Shown one piece after another: positions 39,246 through 50,468 of a DNA stretch of 64,000 nucleotides. Location of the stretch: the NCBI GenBank assembly GCA_963733055.1, contig CAVTBR010000003.1:608001-672000 (forward strand). Reading direction: 5' to 3'. This DNA is from Candidatus Bathyarchaeota archaeon (GTDB taxonomy: Archaea; Thermoproteota; Bathyarchaeia; 40CM-2-53-6). The first letter of the stretch is position 1. Every line of letters begins with the position of its first letter. A model generated the notes under the pieces. The model saw only the letters and a program-made list of their open reading frames with translations, was not told where the DNA came from and did not search any database. The translations under genes and the position numbers were made by a program.

Positions 39246-39920
39246 TCAAGAACCCTCACGTAATCGACCGCGCAGCTCGTCCACGACTTTTTGAAAGTCA
39301 TCTATCTCCTTGTGTGGAACGTTGCCCTCTCGGCATAGTTCTGCGAGCCTAGAGGCCCTAATGGCAAACGCCAAATCCGATTCCCTAGCCGCGGGATAAT
39401 CACCAAACCCATTTCCGACGAAGAAAACTTGTTTGCCATTCATCTTCTCGCGCTTGACCAGATCATCTTTGAAGTTGACTGATGATGCAGTGATCTTTTC
39501 GGGAAAAGTAGGCGTGTACCCGTTTTCGGTGAATCGTATTTTTGGTGCACGAATTTGTATGAATTTCAACCATTCATCCTGATTGAGAAAATGTTGAATA
39601 CAAAAGTCGAACCCACCACTAGCGACCATGAGTTCTATGCCATTTGACATGCAATAGTTGACCAGCCGATCAAAGTTGGGCCTAAGAACTGCAACCCGAT
39701 CCAGCTGCTCGAGGATAGTCTCCTGCGGGACTTTGAGCATCGCGTATTGCTGTCGGAGGGAATCTTCGAATGAAATTTCCCCTCTTTCTAATGCTTCATC
39801 TATCTGCTTCCAGTCGGGGTCTGCGTAGAGATCCAAAGCTACCTGGGCCGTATCGACGTTGACAATCGTCCCGTCAAAATCGCAAACCACCATTGCTTTC
39901 GCGAACGGGCGGCGGTTCAT
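39246..39920 (-). CDS. HAD-IB phosphatase (MtnX-like)
   Basis: CDFDGTI, ASGG, K, VGNGFGD motifs; start chosen at MNRRPF. Confidence 0.88.
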   Translation of the reverse strand: MNRRPFAKAMVVCDFDGTIVNVDTAQVALDLYADPDWKQIDEALERGEISFEDSLRQQYAMLKVPQETILEQLDRVAVLRPNFDRLVNYCMSNGIELMVASGGFDFCIQHFLNQDEWLKFIQIRAPKIRFTENGYTPTFPEKITASSVNFKDDLVKREKMNGKQVFFVGNGFGDYPAARESDLAFAIRASRLAELCREGNVPHKEIDDFQKVVDELRGRLREGS

Positions 39921-40003
39921 ATCTGCTCCAGCCTTGAAACCAGTAGGGTGAGGATTAAAGGTAAATGTGGCCACTTGGCTGTAACGCAGTGTGATATTAT
40001 CCA

Positions 40004-40348
40004 ATGCTGGACAGAATCACCGTCGTGCTTGCCCCATGGTGTCCCCATTGCGTCCCCCTTTCCTCAGAGAAGGCTGAACAGATGGCCAAACAACTCGGGG
40101 TTGAGTTGCGAGTGCTTGACATAGACGAACCGGACCAGGAGAGAATCGCAGATTCCTTGGTCAACGACTACGGAGACGCTGCTGACGACTACCTGATACC
40201 TCAAGTGTTCTTCGAGGAAGACGGCAAAATCAAACATGTCTTCACAGGATTCTCAGAAGGCCTTGACGTAACGAGGGCGCGATGGGATGATTTCTTCGCA
40301 AGCGAATACTACCAGGCAAGACTACAGACTCCTAAGAAACCGAACTAA
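40004..40348 (+). CDS. Thioredoxin-fold protein
   Basis: WCPHC active site and a cis-Pro-like IPQV motif. Confidence 0.85.
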   Translation: MLDRITVVLAPWCPHCVPLSSEKAEQMAKQLGVELRVLDIDEPDQERIADSLVNDYGDAADDYLIPQVFFEEDGKIKHVFTGFSEGLDVTRARWDDFFASEYYQARLQTPKKPN

Positions 40349-40354
40349 CCAAAG

Positions 40355-40864
40355 TCAATGGCTCATTAGACTAGATTTGCATATTGGGCATTGGCTCACA
40401 ACCGAGTCACGGTCGTGTGCGAAAAGTTTGGAGCAGCCTGGCCGCGAATGGTCTCCTATACACATGGAAATAGCGACCTGTTTCTCCGAGTCCGTATGTG
40501 CGTATCTTGTCCAATAGACTTCAGTAACCGTCGCGCCGTCGCCGGCCTTTTCCTTGAGGATTTGAACTGCATTTCCTCCGAGTTCCCATCCGTGTCGTGA
40601 AGCTACTCGAACATCAGTGCTGGAGAAGTTCTCGCGGCCAACTTCGCTCGTCAGCTTCTCCGTGAACCATTTCAGGTCCGGTTTTTGGCTGAAATAGACG
40701 ACTTGTGATACGAACCCATCCGGACAAACATATGCTCCTAAGACGTGTGTAGCGGCCTCGACTAGCAGCCTCATTGAGGTTTGCTTGTCGCAATGCCGGA
40801 AGCATTTCCCGCGGAAACTAAGATGCTCTCGGACGAATTCCGGAAACCAATCCATCTCAATCAC
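40355..40864 (-). CDS. Hypothetical Cys-rich protein
   Basis: 169 aa with CFRHC, CP, C-x7-C and CPIC. Confidence 0.7.
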   Translation of the reverse strand: MIEMDWFPEFVREHLSFRGKCFRHCDKQTSMRLLVEAATHVLGAYVCPDGFVSQVVYFSQKPDLKWFTEKLTSEVGRENFSSTDVRVASRHGWELGGNAVQILKEKAGDGATVTEVYWTRYAHTDSEKQVAISMCIGDHSRPGCSKLFAHDRDSVVSQCPICKSSLMSH

Positions 40865-40928
40865 ATCGAACCCCCGTAAACATTAGGGAACTTTAAAACG
40901 TTCCAGGGGGTGACCTTCGCGAATCGCA

Positions 40929-41159
40929 TTGAGACCACGAGGGATCGCCGCCATTTCTCTGATGATTATTGGCGCCTCGCTCGTCGCATTCGCAGCAATC
41001 CTACTCATTTCACATGCACCGACCATGAACTGGATAATCGCCGCTGCCTTCGGTTCGATTCTCATTCTAATCGGCATAGGTATTCTTGTGATGGAACTTA
41101 TGGAAACATGGTTGACCAGAGGACAGAGAGCCTTAGTCGACGGGCTTCAAGCAGGCTAG
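40929..41159 (+). CDS. Small two-TM membrane protein
   Basis: Two hydrophobic helices; ends 7 nt before the IMPase gene. Confidence 0.6.
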   Translation: MRPRGIAAISLMIIGASLVAFAAILLISHAPTMNWIIAAAFGSILILIGIGILVMELMETWLTRGQRALVDGLQAG

Positions 41160-41166
41160 AGGAAAC

Positions 41167-41985
41167 ATGTCACAATCCGATTCAACTTTTCTCCTCGAAC
41201 TCGCTGAGTCCGCCACCGAAGAAGCGGGTAAGAAGTTGAGGACGCTCTTCCGACGAAAGTTATCGATAAGACGAAAGTACGATTACGCGGGCAGCATTGT
41301 CACGAATGCCGACTTAGCTGCAGAGAAACTCATTCTTTCCAAGATACGAAAGAGCGGCGTTAAGGGCAGTGTTGTGTCCGAAGAGGCAGGCAGAGTTCAG
41401 TTTGGTTCGGGCGACGTGACTTGGGCGGTCGACCCGCTGGATGGTACTCTCAACTTTGCAAAGCGAATACCGCATTTCGCGGTTTCAATAGGCGTGAGGG
41501 TGGGCAAGAGGACAGTGGCTGGAGCGATTTATGATCCGATGCTGGAAGAGATGTTCACGGCGAGAAGAGGCGGGGGAGCATTCCTGAACGGAAAGAGAGC
41601 TAGGGTTTCGAACGCAACTGCGCTTCGCACCTCGGCTTTCATCTTCGAATGGTGGGAGCCCGAACCTTCGATTCCCGACCCGTTAGGTTTGGAGAAGAGA
41701 CTCTACAAGTATACGCGGAGCTTGCGGTCTCCGGGAAGCATAGCTTTGAACTTGTGCTCAGTTGCTTCCGGGAGATTTGACGGAATGATCACTGTCTTTC
41801 CCAGATCCCCCATCTATGAGACACTTGCGGGCGCGTTGATAGTTGAGGAAGCGGGCGGACGAGTAACGAACTCTTTGGGCGAAAGTTGGGAAAGCCTCTC
41901 GCGGTCGATTATAGCGGGCGGGCCGGCCATACACCGACGATTGATGTCATTCCTAGATCATCGTCAACGAAAACGGTCCATTTGA
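41167..41985 (+). CDS. Inositol monophosphatase/FBPase family protein
   Basis: VTNAD, SEE, WAVDPLDGTLNF, AGALIVEEAGG motifs. Confidence 0.93.
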   Translation: MSQSDSTFLLELAESATEEAGKKLRTLFRRKLSIRRKYDYAGSIVTNADLAAEKLILSKIRKSGVKGSVVSEEAGRVQFGSGDVTWAVDPLDGTLNFAKRIPHFAVSIGVRVGKRTVAGAIYDPMLEEMFTARRGGGAFLNGKRARVSNATALRTSAFIFEWWEPEPSIPDPLGLEKRLYKYTRSLRSPGSIALNLCSVASGRFDGMITVFPRSPIYETLAGALIVEEAGGRVTNSLGESWESLSRSIIAGGPAIHRRLMSFLDHRQRKRSI

Positions 41986-43071
41986 TTAGAGCCCTTCCCT
42001 CGAAAGTTCCTGCACAAGTTCCTTTTGATGGGATGTCAAGCTTGTAGGCGTCTTCACTTGGACGACTACTAGTTCATCTCCTTTCCCGTTTTCTCGTATT
42101 GCTGGCATTCCTTTCTTTCTGAGTCTGAAGATTGCACCACTCTGAGTGCCGGGTGGCATCATGATATTTGCTGGCCCATCCAACGTTGGAACTTGCACAT
42201 CACCGCCTAGGGCGGCTCTAGAGAAGGACACGTCAACATTACATATCAAATCGTTTCCTTCTCTTCGGAAGGTTTGATTCGGTTTTACGTGAACAACGAC
42301 GTACAGGTCTCCTCTTCTGCCGCTCCCGCTTGGGGCATCTCCTTCTCCGCGCATGAGTAGCTGGGAGCCAGTATCAACGCCCGGTGGAATCTTTATTGAG
42401 ATACGACGGTCGCACTCAAGGATTCCTGCACCATGGCATTCGTTGCATGGTTTATCGATTATCGTCCCTTTACCGCGGCACTTCCTGCACGGCTCAATTC
42501 GCGCGAAATGCATGAAGCCCGCGTTCTGAACGTGTTGAATCTGCCCCGAACCCCCGCACTCCGGACACTTCTTCGGAGACGTACCAGGCTTAGCTCCGGA
42601 ACCGTTGCATTCTGAACACCGTTCTGTTCTCGGAACCTCGACCTCTGTCGCCAACCCTGCGTAAGCCTGTTCGAGCGAGATCTCGAGGTTAAAGCTGAGG
42701 TCCTGTCCGCGCTGGGGCCCACGCGCGGGTCTGCCCCCGAAGAAGGAGTCAAAGATGGAACCGAAACCGCCTCCGAACCCAAAGCCGATACCTCGGAGGA
42801 TCTCGTCGAAATCGACGCCGCGGAAGATGTCCTCGGTTGAGTAGCGGTTGTCGATTCCCGCATGGCCAAACTGGTCGTATTGTGCTCTCTTTTGTTCGTC
42901 CGAGAGGATTGCGTACGCTTCGGAGATTTCCTTGAATTTGTTCTCGGCGTCTGGAGATTTGTTCCGGTCAGGGTGATACTTTACAGCTAGCTTTCGATAT
43001 TCTGACTTGATCTCGTCCTTGGTTGCGTTGCGTTGCACGCCAAGTATATCGTAATAGTCACGCTTCGACAA
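41986..43071 (-). CDS. dnaJ: Chaperone DnaJ
   Basis: J domain HPD, G/F-rich region, four CxxCxGxG repeats. Confidence 0.98.
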   Translation of the reverse strand: MSKRDYYDILGVQRNATKDEIKSEYRKLAVKYHPDRNKSPDAENKFKEISEAYAILSDEQKRAQYDQFGHAGIDNRYSTEDIFRGVDFDEILRGIGFGFGGGFGSIFDSFFGGRPARGPQRGQDLSFNLEISLEQAYAGLATEVEVPRTERCSECNGSGAKPGTSPKKCPECGGSGQIQHVQNAGFMHFARIEPCRKCRGKGTIIDKPCNECHGAGILECDRRISIKIPPGVDTGSQLLMRGEGDAPSGSGRRGDLYVVVHVKPNQTFRREGNDLICNVDVSFSRAALGGDVQVPTLDGPANIMMPPGTQSGAIFRLRKKGMPAIRENGKGDELVVVQVKTPTSLTSHQKELVQELSREGL

Positions 43072-43095
43072 TAGTGATCTGCCGCAAATTCATCT

Positions 43096-44982
43096 CTACT
43101 TCTTATCGTCAACGACCTTGTAGTCGACGTCGACGGGTTGTTCCTTATTCTCACCCGTTGGAGGAGGTGGAGATGTTGCTTCGCCTGCCGTTCCCGCCCT
43201 CTGCTGGGCAACCTGTTGATAGGCAGCCGTTCCGACATCCTGCAAAAGTTTCTGTAGTGCTTCAAGTTTCTGCTTTATGGTTCCGAGGTCCTTGCCGGCG
43301 AGGGATTCTCGGAGTTCTGAGATGGCCTTGTTTATTTGTTCGGATTGTTCCTTCGAAACTTTGCCTGCGAGTTCCTTTGTCAATCTTTCGGCGCTGTAGA
43401 TCAGATTATCAGCTGAATTTCTAAGTTCCGCTTCTTCCTTCCGTTTCTGATCTTGCGCTGCAAATTGGTCGGCCTGTTTCACCATTTTTTCGATCTCGTC
43501 TTTGGGAAGTTTGGTTGAGGCGGTGATTGTGATCTTCTGCTCTTTGTTCGTGGCAAGGTCCTTTGCTGATACGCTCAGAATTCCGTTGGCGTCTATGTCG
43601 AATGTAACTTCGATCTGTGGTACGCCTCTTGGGGCGGGTGGAATGCCTGATAGGTTGAACATTCCGAGGGACACGTTGTCTGAAGCCATCGGTCGTTCTC
43701 CTTGCAGTACATGAACGGTGACGGTTGTTTGGAAATCAGCGGCGGTCGAGAATACTTGTGTACGCTTCGTGGGGATGGTAGTGTTTCTTTCGACTAACTT
43801 TGTTAGAACGCTGCCCAGTGTTTCGACTCCGAGCGAGAGAGGGGTTACGTCAAGAAGAAGGAGGTCGTGAACATCGCCCGCGATTACCCCAGCCTGTATC
43901 GCCGCTCCCATCGCGACGCATTCCATAGGGTCGACTCCACTCTCAACTCCTTTACCCATGTAGTCTTCCACGAACTTTCTCACTATGGGCATGCGAGTTG
44001 GGCCCCCTACCATGATGATCTTCGAGATTTCCTTCGGCGTAAGCTTGGAATCGGCGAGCGCTCGGTCAAGCGGACCTCGGCATCTGTCTATGGTAGGACG
44101 AACAAGTTCTTCCAGTTTGCCGCGAGTCATCGTCATGGTTAGATGCTTAGCTCCTGAGGCATCGGCGGAGATGAAGGGGAGGTTGATGTCTGTGGTGAGG
44201 ACGGTTGAGAGTTCAATTTTCGCTTTCTCACCTGCCTCCCTAACGCGTTGGATGGCAACTTTATCGCTTCGAAGATCGATTCCGTTTGTTTTCTTGAATT
44301 CGTCAGCTATGTAATCGATTATGGAATTGTCCATGTCAGTTCCTCCAAGCTGTGTGTCACCGTTGGTGGCAAGAACCGTAAAGACGGGAGTTACTTTCCC
44401 TGTCTCGTCTTTGGACGGGCCAACTTCCATAAGTGTCACGTCGAGCGTTCCGCCGCCCAAATCAAAAACCATTATTTTCATCTCCTTCTCGGGTCGATCC
44501 ATCCCGTACGCCAATGACGCAGCCGTCGGTTCGTTGATTATGCGGACGACTTCGAGGCCGGCGATTGAGCCAGCGTCTTTTGTTGCCTGCCGTTGGTTGT
44601 CGTTGAAGTAGGCGGGCACCGTGATGACCGCCTTCTCGACCTTGTCTGCCAAGAACGCCTCGGCATCCCGTTTGATCTTCTGAAGGATAAACGCTGAAAT
44701 TTGTTGTGGCGTGTATTCCTTACCGAAAATTTTAACTTTGTAATCAGTGCCCATCTTGCGTTTGATCGCCATGACGGTACCTTCTGGGTTCGAAACTGCT
44801 TGGCGCCTTGCAGGTTCACCGACCAGGAGCTGCCCATCTTTCGTAAAGGCAACGTATGACGGAAACGCCTTTCCAGCGACCGACGTGCCTTCAGCGCTGG
44901 GTATGATGGTTGGACGCCCAGCGATTATGGCCGCTGCAGCGGAATTACTTGTTCCAAGGTCTATTCCTATGATCTTTGGCAA
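43096..44982 (-). CDS. dnaK: Chaperone DnaK (Hsp70)
   Basis: [34 protein letters not shown]. Confidence 0.99.
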   Translation of the reverse strand: MPKIIGIDLGTSNSAAAAIIAGRPTIIPSAEGTSVAGKAFPSYVAFTKDGQLLVGEPARRQAVSNPEGTVMAIKRKMGTDYKVKIFGKEYTPQQISAFILQKIKRDAEAFLADKVEKAVITVPAYFNDNQRQATKDAGSIAGLEVVRIINEPTAASLAYGMDRPEKEMKIMVFDLGGGTLDVTLMEVGPSKDETGKVTPVFTVLATNGDTQLGGTDMDNSIIDYIADEFKKTNGIDLRSDKVAIQRVREAGEKAKIELSTVLTTDINLPFISADASGAKHLTMTMTRGKLEELVRPTIDRCRGPLDRALADSKLTPKEISKIIMVGGPTRMPIVRKFVEDYMGKGVESGVDPMECVAMGAAIQAGVIAGDVHDLLLLDVTPLSLGVETLGSVLTKLVERNTTIPTKRTQVFSTAADFQTTVTVHVLQGERPMASDNVSLGMFNLSGIPPAPRGVPQIEVTFDIDANGILSVSAKDLATNKEQKITITASTKLPKDEIEKMVKQADQFAAQDQKRKEEAELRNSADNLIYSAERLTKELAGKVSKEQSEQINKAISELRESLAGKDLGTIKQKLEALQKLLQDVGTAAYQQVAQQRAGTAGEATSPPPPTGENKEQPVDVDYKVVDDKK

Positions 44983-45050
44983 GGTTCATGTCACCATTAG
45001 TTACTATACGTAACAATGGAACGAGGATTTAGTTCAAAAACATTGCGGGA

Positions 45051-45644
45051 CTACCCGCTCGCCGGCAGATTAGAGTCCGCTTTCTTCGGGAGCTTACTGA
45101 CAACTACAAGGCTTGACCTGATTACTTTACCGTTGAGAGTGTAGCCTTTCCGAATCTCCTCAACGATAGTGTTTTCTGGAGTCTCATCGGTTTCCACATA
45201 GCTAACAACTTCGTGCAACTCTGGATCCAACTGCTTACCAACAGCCGCGATTTCCTCCAACCCCTCACTCTGGAGTACCTCAGTCAGCTGTTTTTGGAGC
45301 ATCCTCAATCCAACTGCCGTTTCGTCTTGCAGAAGCGGATTGTCGGAAGCTGCGACGCTTACAGCTTGCTGCAATGAATCCAGGCTCGGGAGTAGCTTGG
45401 CCATTAGTCTTTCAGACGCCTGCGAAGTTACTTCCTGAACTCGCCGCCGACTAATCTTCTGTACATTCTCCATGTCTGCCTGGAGTCGCTTAAGTCGGTC
45501 AAGGTACTCGGCCGCTTTTCTCTCGCTCTCCTGCTTTTGCCTAACCGCCTCAAGCAATTCATCCTGAACATTTTCCGATTTGTCCTCATCGGAGGGCAGG
45601 GATTGCTCTTGTTTAGGGTTAGGTTTTGTGTCTTCAGTCTTCAA
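45051..45644 (-). CDS. grpE: Nucleotide exchange factor GrpE
   Basis: RLQADMEN, DPELHE, KGYTLNGKVIR; upstream of dnaK. Confidence 0.95.
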   Translation of the reverse strand: MKTEDTKPNPKQEQSLPSDEDKSENVQDELLEAVRQKQESERKAAEYLDRLKRLQADMENVQKISRRRVQEVTSQASERLMAKLLPSLDSLQQAVSVAASDNPLLQDETAVGLRMLQKQLTEVLQSEGLEEIAAVGKQLDPELHEVVSYVETDETPENTIVEEIRKGYTLNGKVIRSSLVVVSKLPKKADSNLPASG

Positions 45645-45770
45645 CTCCGACCACTGGACGACGACTTACAACACCACTTTTCGGTTCCCTAACAAGTCCT
45701 TTTCGATATGTCCTGCCAGGGCGTAAACATGAAGCGAGAGCCATGATGTTGTAATGCTATAGAATCGAAG

Positions 45771-46379
45771 TTATTGGACGGCTTGCGTTCCTAGAACCGT
45801 TCCATCTTTTAGTCTATCGAATGCGTATTGCGGGACGAATGTTCCCACGGAGACAGTGGAATCCGGAGTTCGTCGGAAATACTGACGGGCGATTAGGGTT
45901 TCTGTTTTCGTGATTCCCTGCACCCCTTCAAACTGATTGACGGCGGTTTCCAAAATCTGCTCGACATTCTTGCTGTGCAGGATCAATAACAGATCCCAGT
46001 CTCCTGGAATTATGTGTCCTTCAACAACGTGCTTCAGCTCCCCGAGTTGAGACAGAACTGTCGGTAAGACACCTTGAGAGCGCAGGAGAGAAATCGCCAA
46101 TGCGTCATTCTCGTCAACGGCATAATCCTTTGTGAAACCCTCAAACGGAATGTGCGTACTTGTGGATTTTATCCCCTGCATTGAACGTATCTCGGAGACG
46201 ACCCTGTACAGGCCGGTTCGGTCGTAATGGCCTACGCGGACTAGTAGGTCATATCTACCGATGAGAAGCGCCCCCTCCTCAACTTGAGGTATTTCCTTAA
46301 CCGTTCTCACAACATCGGCAACCTGTCCGCGCTCGATAACAGCTAAAATGTATGAAGACGATTTCAAGGGGGAACTCAT
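45771..46379 (-). CDS. Tandem Lrp/AsnC ligand-binding (RAM) domain protein without HTH
   Basis: Two repeats: GRYDLLV...GIKSTST and GDWDLLL...GITKTET. Confidence 0.8.
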   Translation of the reverse strand: MSSPLKSSSYILAVIERGQVADVVRTVKEIPQVEEGALLIGRYDLLVRVGHYDRTGLYRVVSEIRSMQGIKSTSTHIPFEGFTKDYAVDENDALAISLLRSQGVLPTVLSQLGELKHVVEGHIIPGDWDLLLILHSKNVEQILETAVNQFEGVQGITKTETLIARQYFRRTPDSTVSVGTFVPQYAFDRLKDGTVLGTQAVQ

Positions 46380-46582
46380 TGCCGACTCTCCAGAGAGTTA
46401 CTGAAAGCGATGGAAGACGGGAACACGAAAGCTTCTACTTAAATCACGCACCCAAGTCCTCAACCGCGGTTGTCAATTAATAATGCATCATACAGACACA
46501 TGATTCACTGTCACTATTGGAGCCCCCATCGGCAGAATCATATACGAACCGTATTCATCCGCCGTAATCTGCCCCTAGAAAG

Positions 46583-47798
46583 GTGATACTGGTGGATTCC
46601 AAGTGGATCGACCGCGATGGAAAAGTGATCTTCATTGAGAAAATCATCCGAACGGTACCATATGGTTTTCTTGGCGTATTATTCGGAGTTTACATGGCCC
46701 AGCTAGGGTTCCAACCTTTCGCCATAGGCGTAGTACTCACGATCACGGTGTTCACTAGCGCAGTCTACACGTTAGGAATAAGTTTCGTAGCAGATAGGTT
46801 CGGTCGAAAACGAACGCTCATTATTTTCGCTTTGATGGACTTCATTGCTGGATCGGTCTTATTTTTGTCCACGGCCTGGTGGGCGCCCATCATCGCGGGC
46901 ATCGTTGGGAATATGACGGTCGGGGCAGGCGAAGTTGGTCCCTTCCTCACTCTAGAGCAAGCGATCATACCGCAGACATGTGACTTAAAGCACCGAACTG
47001 TAGCGTTCACAATCTACAACCTCGCCGGCTACGGCGCATCCTCCATTGGTGCGTTGATGTCTGGCCTGCCCCAATACATAGGATCAGGAGTAATTGGATA
47101 CCGACCACTGTTCGCGGCCTACTTAGCCTCGGGCCTCATCGGCGGCATACTGTATTCTAGGCTGTCGAAGAAAGTTGAACTTGAGACCGCGGTCAAGAAA
47201 CGTGCCGTACTATCGGAGAAATCTAAACCCATAGTTCAGAGATTGGCGGGAGTCTTCGCGATAGACGCCTTCGGAGGCGGGTTAATTGGCCAGAGCATTC
47301 TGGCTTACTACTTCTACTTGAAGTTCGGGCTGAACAACGCAACTCTCGCCTGGATATTTTTCGGAACTCAAATCATAACGGCGTTCTCATTCCTAGCCGC
47401 TGAGCGAATTGCAAGACGGTTGGGCCTTCTGAACACCATGGTTTACAGCCACATCCCATCGAACGTATTCCTAGCAAGCGTCGCGTTTCGCGCCTACCGC
47501 GATCGGGGCGGTGTTCTTGCTATTTTGCAGACAAACCCTATCACAGATGGATGTGCCCACACGTCAATCATACGTGATGGCCGTTGTTGACGAGTCGGAC
47601 AGAACCCCAGCTGCCGGTCTCACAAACGTCTCACGAAGCATCTCCCAATCAATCAGTCCCTCCATAGCCGGCTATGCTATGGCGAACTTTTGGATCGGCA
47701 CTCCGCTCTTCGCCGCGGCCATGCTGAAACTTGTGTATGACGGCCTAATCTATGGAAGCTTCCGAAAGGTAAAACCTCCAGAGGAACAGAAACGATAG
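46583..47798 (+). CDS. MFS transporter (1-nt insertion at 47486-47488)
   Basis: ADRFGRKRTL and EVGPFLTLEQA in ORF1; MDVPTRQSY in ORF2; removing one T joins VAFAPTAIGAVFLL. Confidence 0.9.
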
Positions 47799-47901
47799 CT
47801 TTGGCACTGGTTCTGCTCTGCTCAAATCGTACAACCAAGCATTCCGAGATGCTCAAATCTAGGTTCGGAATTATAGCTCCGTTTCAGCCTATTCGAGATG
47901 C

Positions 47902-50025
47902 ATGGGCGACTTGAAGAAAGAACAAGCGGTTACAGCACCGAAGCGGGTGAGGTACGTGCGGGTACTTGTGGACCCAACGTTGAAGGTGCAACCTGAGATC
48001 CACGTACCGCAGCCGAACTTCGGGTCGCTCATTGAGATTACGCCCTTTCGAGATGGTTTCTTCCACCACCCCGCAACCCTCAATCCCGTTCTCGCACAGG
48101 AAACTTACCGTCAATCTGGGCTGAAACTAGAATACTCGCCTCAAGCGCTCAAACTAATTCGCGAACACCGAACCGTGATACTTGAGTACGATCCCGAAGG
48201 ATACGTTTGGGTCAGACCGCTGAAAGATGACTCATTGAAAGATATTCTCGACGACTGGACTTTCAAGACGTATGTTGTTTGGAGCCCATACTATGATAGC
48301 TACAGACTCAGACAGGCAGGATCATTGGAATTCGCGAAAGAGGCTTTCGAACGAGACGGCGTTCGCCTGCAACTCAAGAACTTCCCGCAAAGAGAAACGA
48401 GACTGCGCAAGACTCACGCTCCAAGAAACATCAATGTCACACTCTACCCGTTCCAACGAAAAGCGGTACAATTCATCCTAGAAAACGATGGCCGCGCCTG
48501 CCTTTTTGATGAGATGGGGCTGGGTAAGACAATCTCAGCGACCAGCGCCTTGATCGAGCTAGAGAAGCTCAGAAAGTCTTCCAGGGCGTTGATAGTCGCA
48601 CCAAACGCCGTCGTTGATCAGTGGCGGGAAGAACTTGTCGAGAAATTTAACCTTGAACCAACCATTGTCACTTCTAAGCGTTCGATTCGGGAACGCGCCA
48701 AATTGTACGATGACCCCTTAGTCGTCGTAAACTATGAACTGCTTCGCACGGACGCGGATATGATAATGCAGAGAGCTTTCGACACTCTGATACTTGATGA
48801 GGTAACCCGCGTCAAGAACTTAGACACTCAGACGAGTGAGGCGGTCAAGAAGTTAATCGTCCGAAACGTGATAGCCTTGACGGGCACACCGCTCGAAAAT
48901 CATCTCGGTGAACTCTACAATATTGTGAATATTGTACGGCCAGGTTTCTTCGGGCGGTATCATGAAGACTTCCTAGCTAGGTTTACCTTGAAGTTATCGG
49001 GGCAGGGATGGCAATCGTACCGGCCCATCATCAACCCTGAAACTCTACCCTTACTTAGGAGAGAGCTGAAGGCGGTTTCGATCCGCCGCACCAAGGCCCA
49101 AGTTCTGAGACAATTACCCTCTCTAACAATGCAGTATGTATACACTGAACCAGCCAGGAACCAACGTACGATCTACGATATACTCCAAGAGAGTTTAAGC
49201 GAAACCGTTCTTGAAGAGTACGCTTTCAGCACCACCGAACACGAAGGGCCCAACCCCTTCACATCCAACCGACTTAGACTCTACACACTTCTCAGAGAGG
49301 CTTGCGCCGACATAAGCATGATAGCAGGTTACCTGCGACGGAAGCAACGCGAGGACTCTCGCGATGCCGAGTTACTCCGTGAATCGCCAATCTTCAAGAA
49401 ATTGCTACGAGCGGTCGCCAGACTAGAACCTGAGAACGCAAAGCTTATCGAACTAAAAGAACTCGTCGAGGATCTAACGGAGCAATCACATAAACTGGTA
49501 ATCTTCTCGCAATTCGTACCTGTAGTTAATCTGATACAAGAAGAACTAGAGGGTAAGGGGATCCCAACACTTGTGTACCATGGGCAGCTTTCACGCGAGG
49601 AACGAATAGCCAACCTGCACAAATTCACAGAGCAACCTATCTACAGAGTTCTCGCGAGCACGGACGCTGGACAGTTTGGCTTGAACTTGCAGGCGGCTGA
49701 TGTCGTCGTAAATTACGACCTCCCATGGAACCCCGCTAGGCTGCTTCAGCGGATCGCTCGCCTCCACCGAATCGGCCAAACCAACAAAGTACTTGCAGTG
49801 AATTTCGTCGTCAAAGGCACAATCGAAGAACATGTACGCGACGTACTGGAACGGAAGCGAACGTTATTCCGACAAGTCACGGTAAGCGACATGACTGAGA
49901 GTGAAGAATTGACTTTGGACGAATTGAAGGAAATCTTCGGCTTTGACATGATGAAGTTAGCCGCGAAGATCCGCGAACGCTATGGATTGAAACTCGAAAA
50001 GCCCCTAGCTAGAACGAACCCATAA
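47902..50025 (+). CDS. SNF2-family DEAD/DEAH helicase-like ATPase
   Basis: DEMGLGKT, LDEV, LTGTPLEN, IFSQF, GLNLQ, WNP and QRIARLHRIGQ motifs. Confidence 0.93.
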   Translation: MGDLKKEQAVTAPKRVRYVRVLVDPTLKVQPEIHVPQPNFGSLIEITPFRDGFFHHPATLNPVLAQETYRQSGLKLEYSPQALKLIREHRTVILEYDPEGYVWVRPLKDDSLKDILDDWTFKTYVVWSPYYDSYRLRQAGSLEFAKEAFERDGVRLQLKNFPQRETRLRKTHAPRNINVTLYPFQRKAVQFILENDGRACLFDEMGLGKTISATSALIELEKLRKSSRALIVAPNAVVDQWREELVEKFNLEPTIVTSKRSIRERAKLYDDPLVVVNYELLRTDADMIMQRAFDTLILDEVTRVKNLDTQTSEAVKKLIVRNVIALTGTPLENHLGELYNIVNIVRPGFFGRYHEDFLARFTLKLSGQGWQSYRPIINPETLPLLRRELKAVSIRRTKAQVLRQLPSLTMQYVYTEPARNQRTIYDILQESLSETVLEEYAFSTTEHEGPNPFTSNRLRLYTLLREACADISMIAGYLRRKQREDSRDAELLRESPIFKKLLRAVARLEPENAKLIELKELVEDLTEQSHKLVIFSQFVPVVNLIQEELEGKGIPTLVYHGQLSREERIANLHKFTEQPIYRVLASTDAGQFGLNLQAADVVVNYDLPWNPARLLQRIARLHRIGQTNKVLAVNFVVKGTIEEHVRDVLERKRTLFRQVTVSDMTESEELTLDELKEIFGFDMMKLAAKIRERYGLKLEKPLARTNP

Positions 50026-50136
50026 ACCGAGTTAAGGCCTCGTCAAGCGTTCACAGTAAATCGTTAGATGGCCTAGGAGAACTTTCACTCATCTCTCTAC
50101 CGTATTACACAGATCTGCAATGGTGAGGCTCGGGGA

Positions 50137-50391
50137 GTGGAAATCTTCTGCGAAGCTTGTAGCCCGCCTAGGACTCCTCGATACGAAGGAACCAAACTAA
50201 TCCTAGAACAAGTAAGCTGTAATTGCCAGTGCCCCGAAACCGTATTCGAATCCAGAGGCCCCCGTTGCTCTAAGTGCGACCACCCTGTGAAGGTTGAGCT
50301 TACGGATCGATGGGAGGACCCGTACCTGTGGATTAACCCCAAAACACATAGGCCTGTAAGAATCGACGAAGTCAAAACCCAGATCGCATAA
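50137..50391 (+). CDS. Small Cys-rich putative Zn-binding protein
   Basis: CEAC, CNCQC and CSKC in 84 aa. Confidence 0.6.
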   Translation: MEIFCEACSPPRTPRYEGTKLILEQVSCNCQCPETVFESRGPRCSKCDHPVKVELTDRWEDPYLWINPKTHRPVRIDEVKTQIA

Positions 50392-50468
50392 GGGCTAGGT
50401 TTGTGGCTGGCCACAGTTTTTGACAAAAGGTAATTAGCGACACAGAACCGCATCTTTGCTGAAGCCTC

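Noticed and set aside
41986-45644. Bacterial-type grpE-dnaK-dnaJ in an archaeon
   Set aside because: Well established in many mesophilic archaea; not novel.
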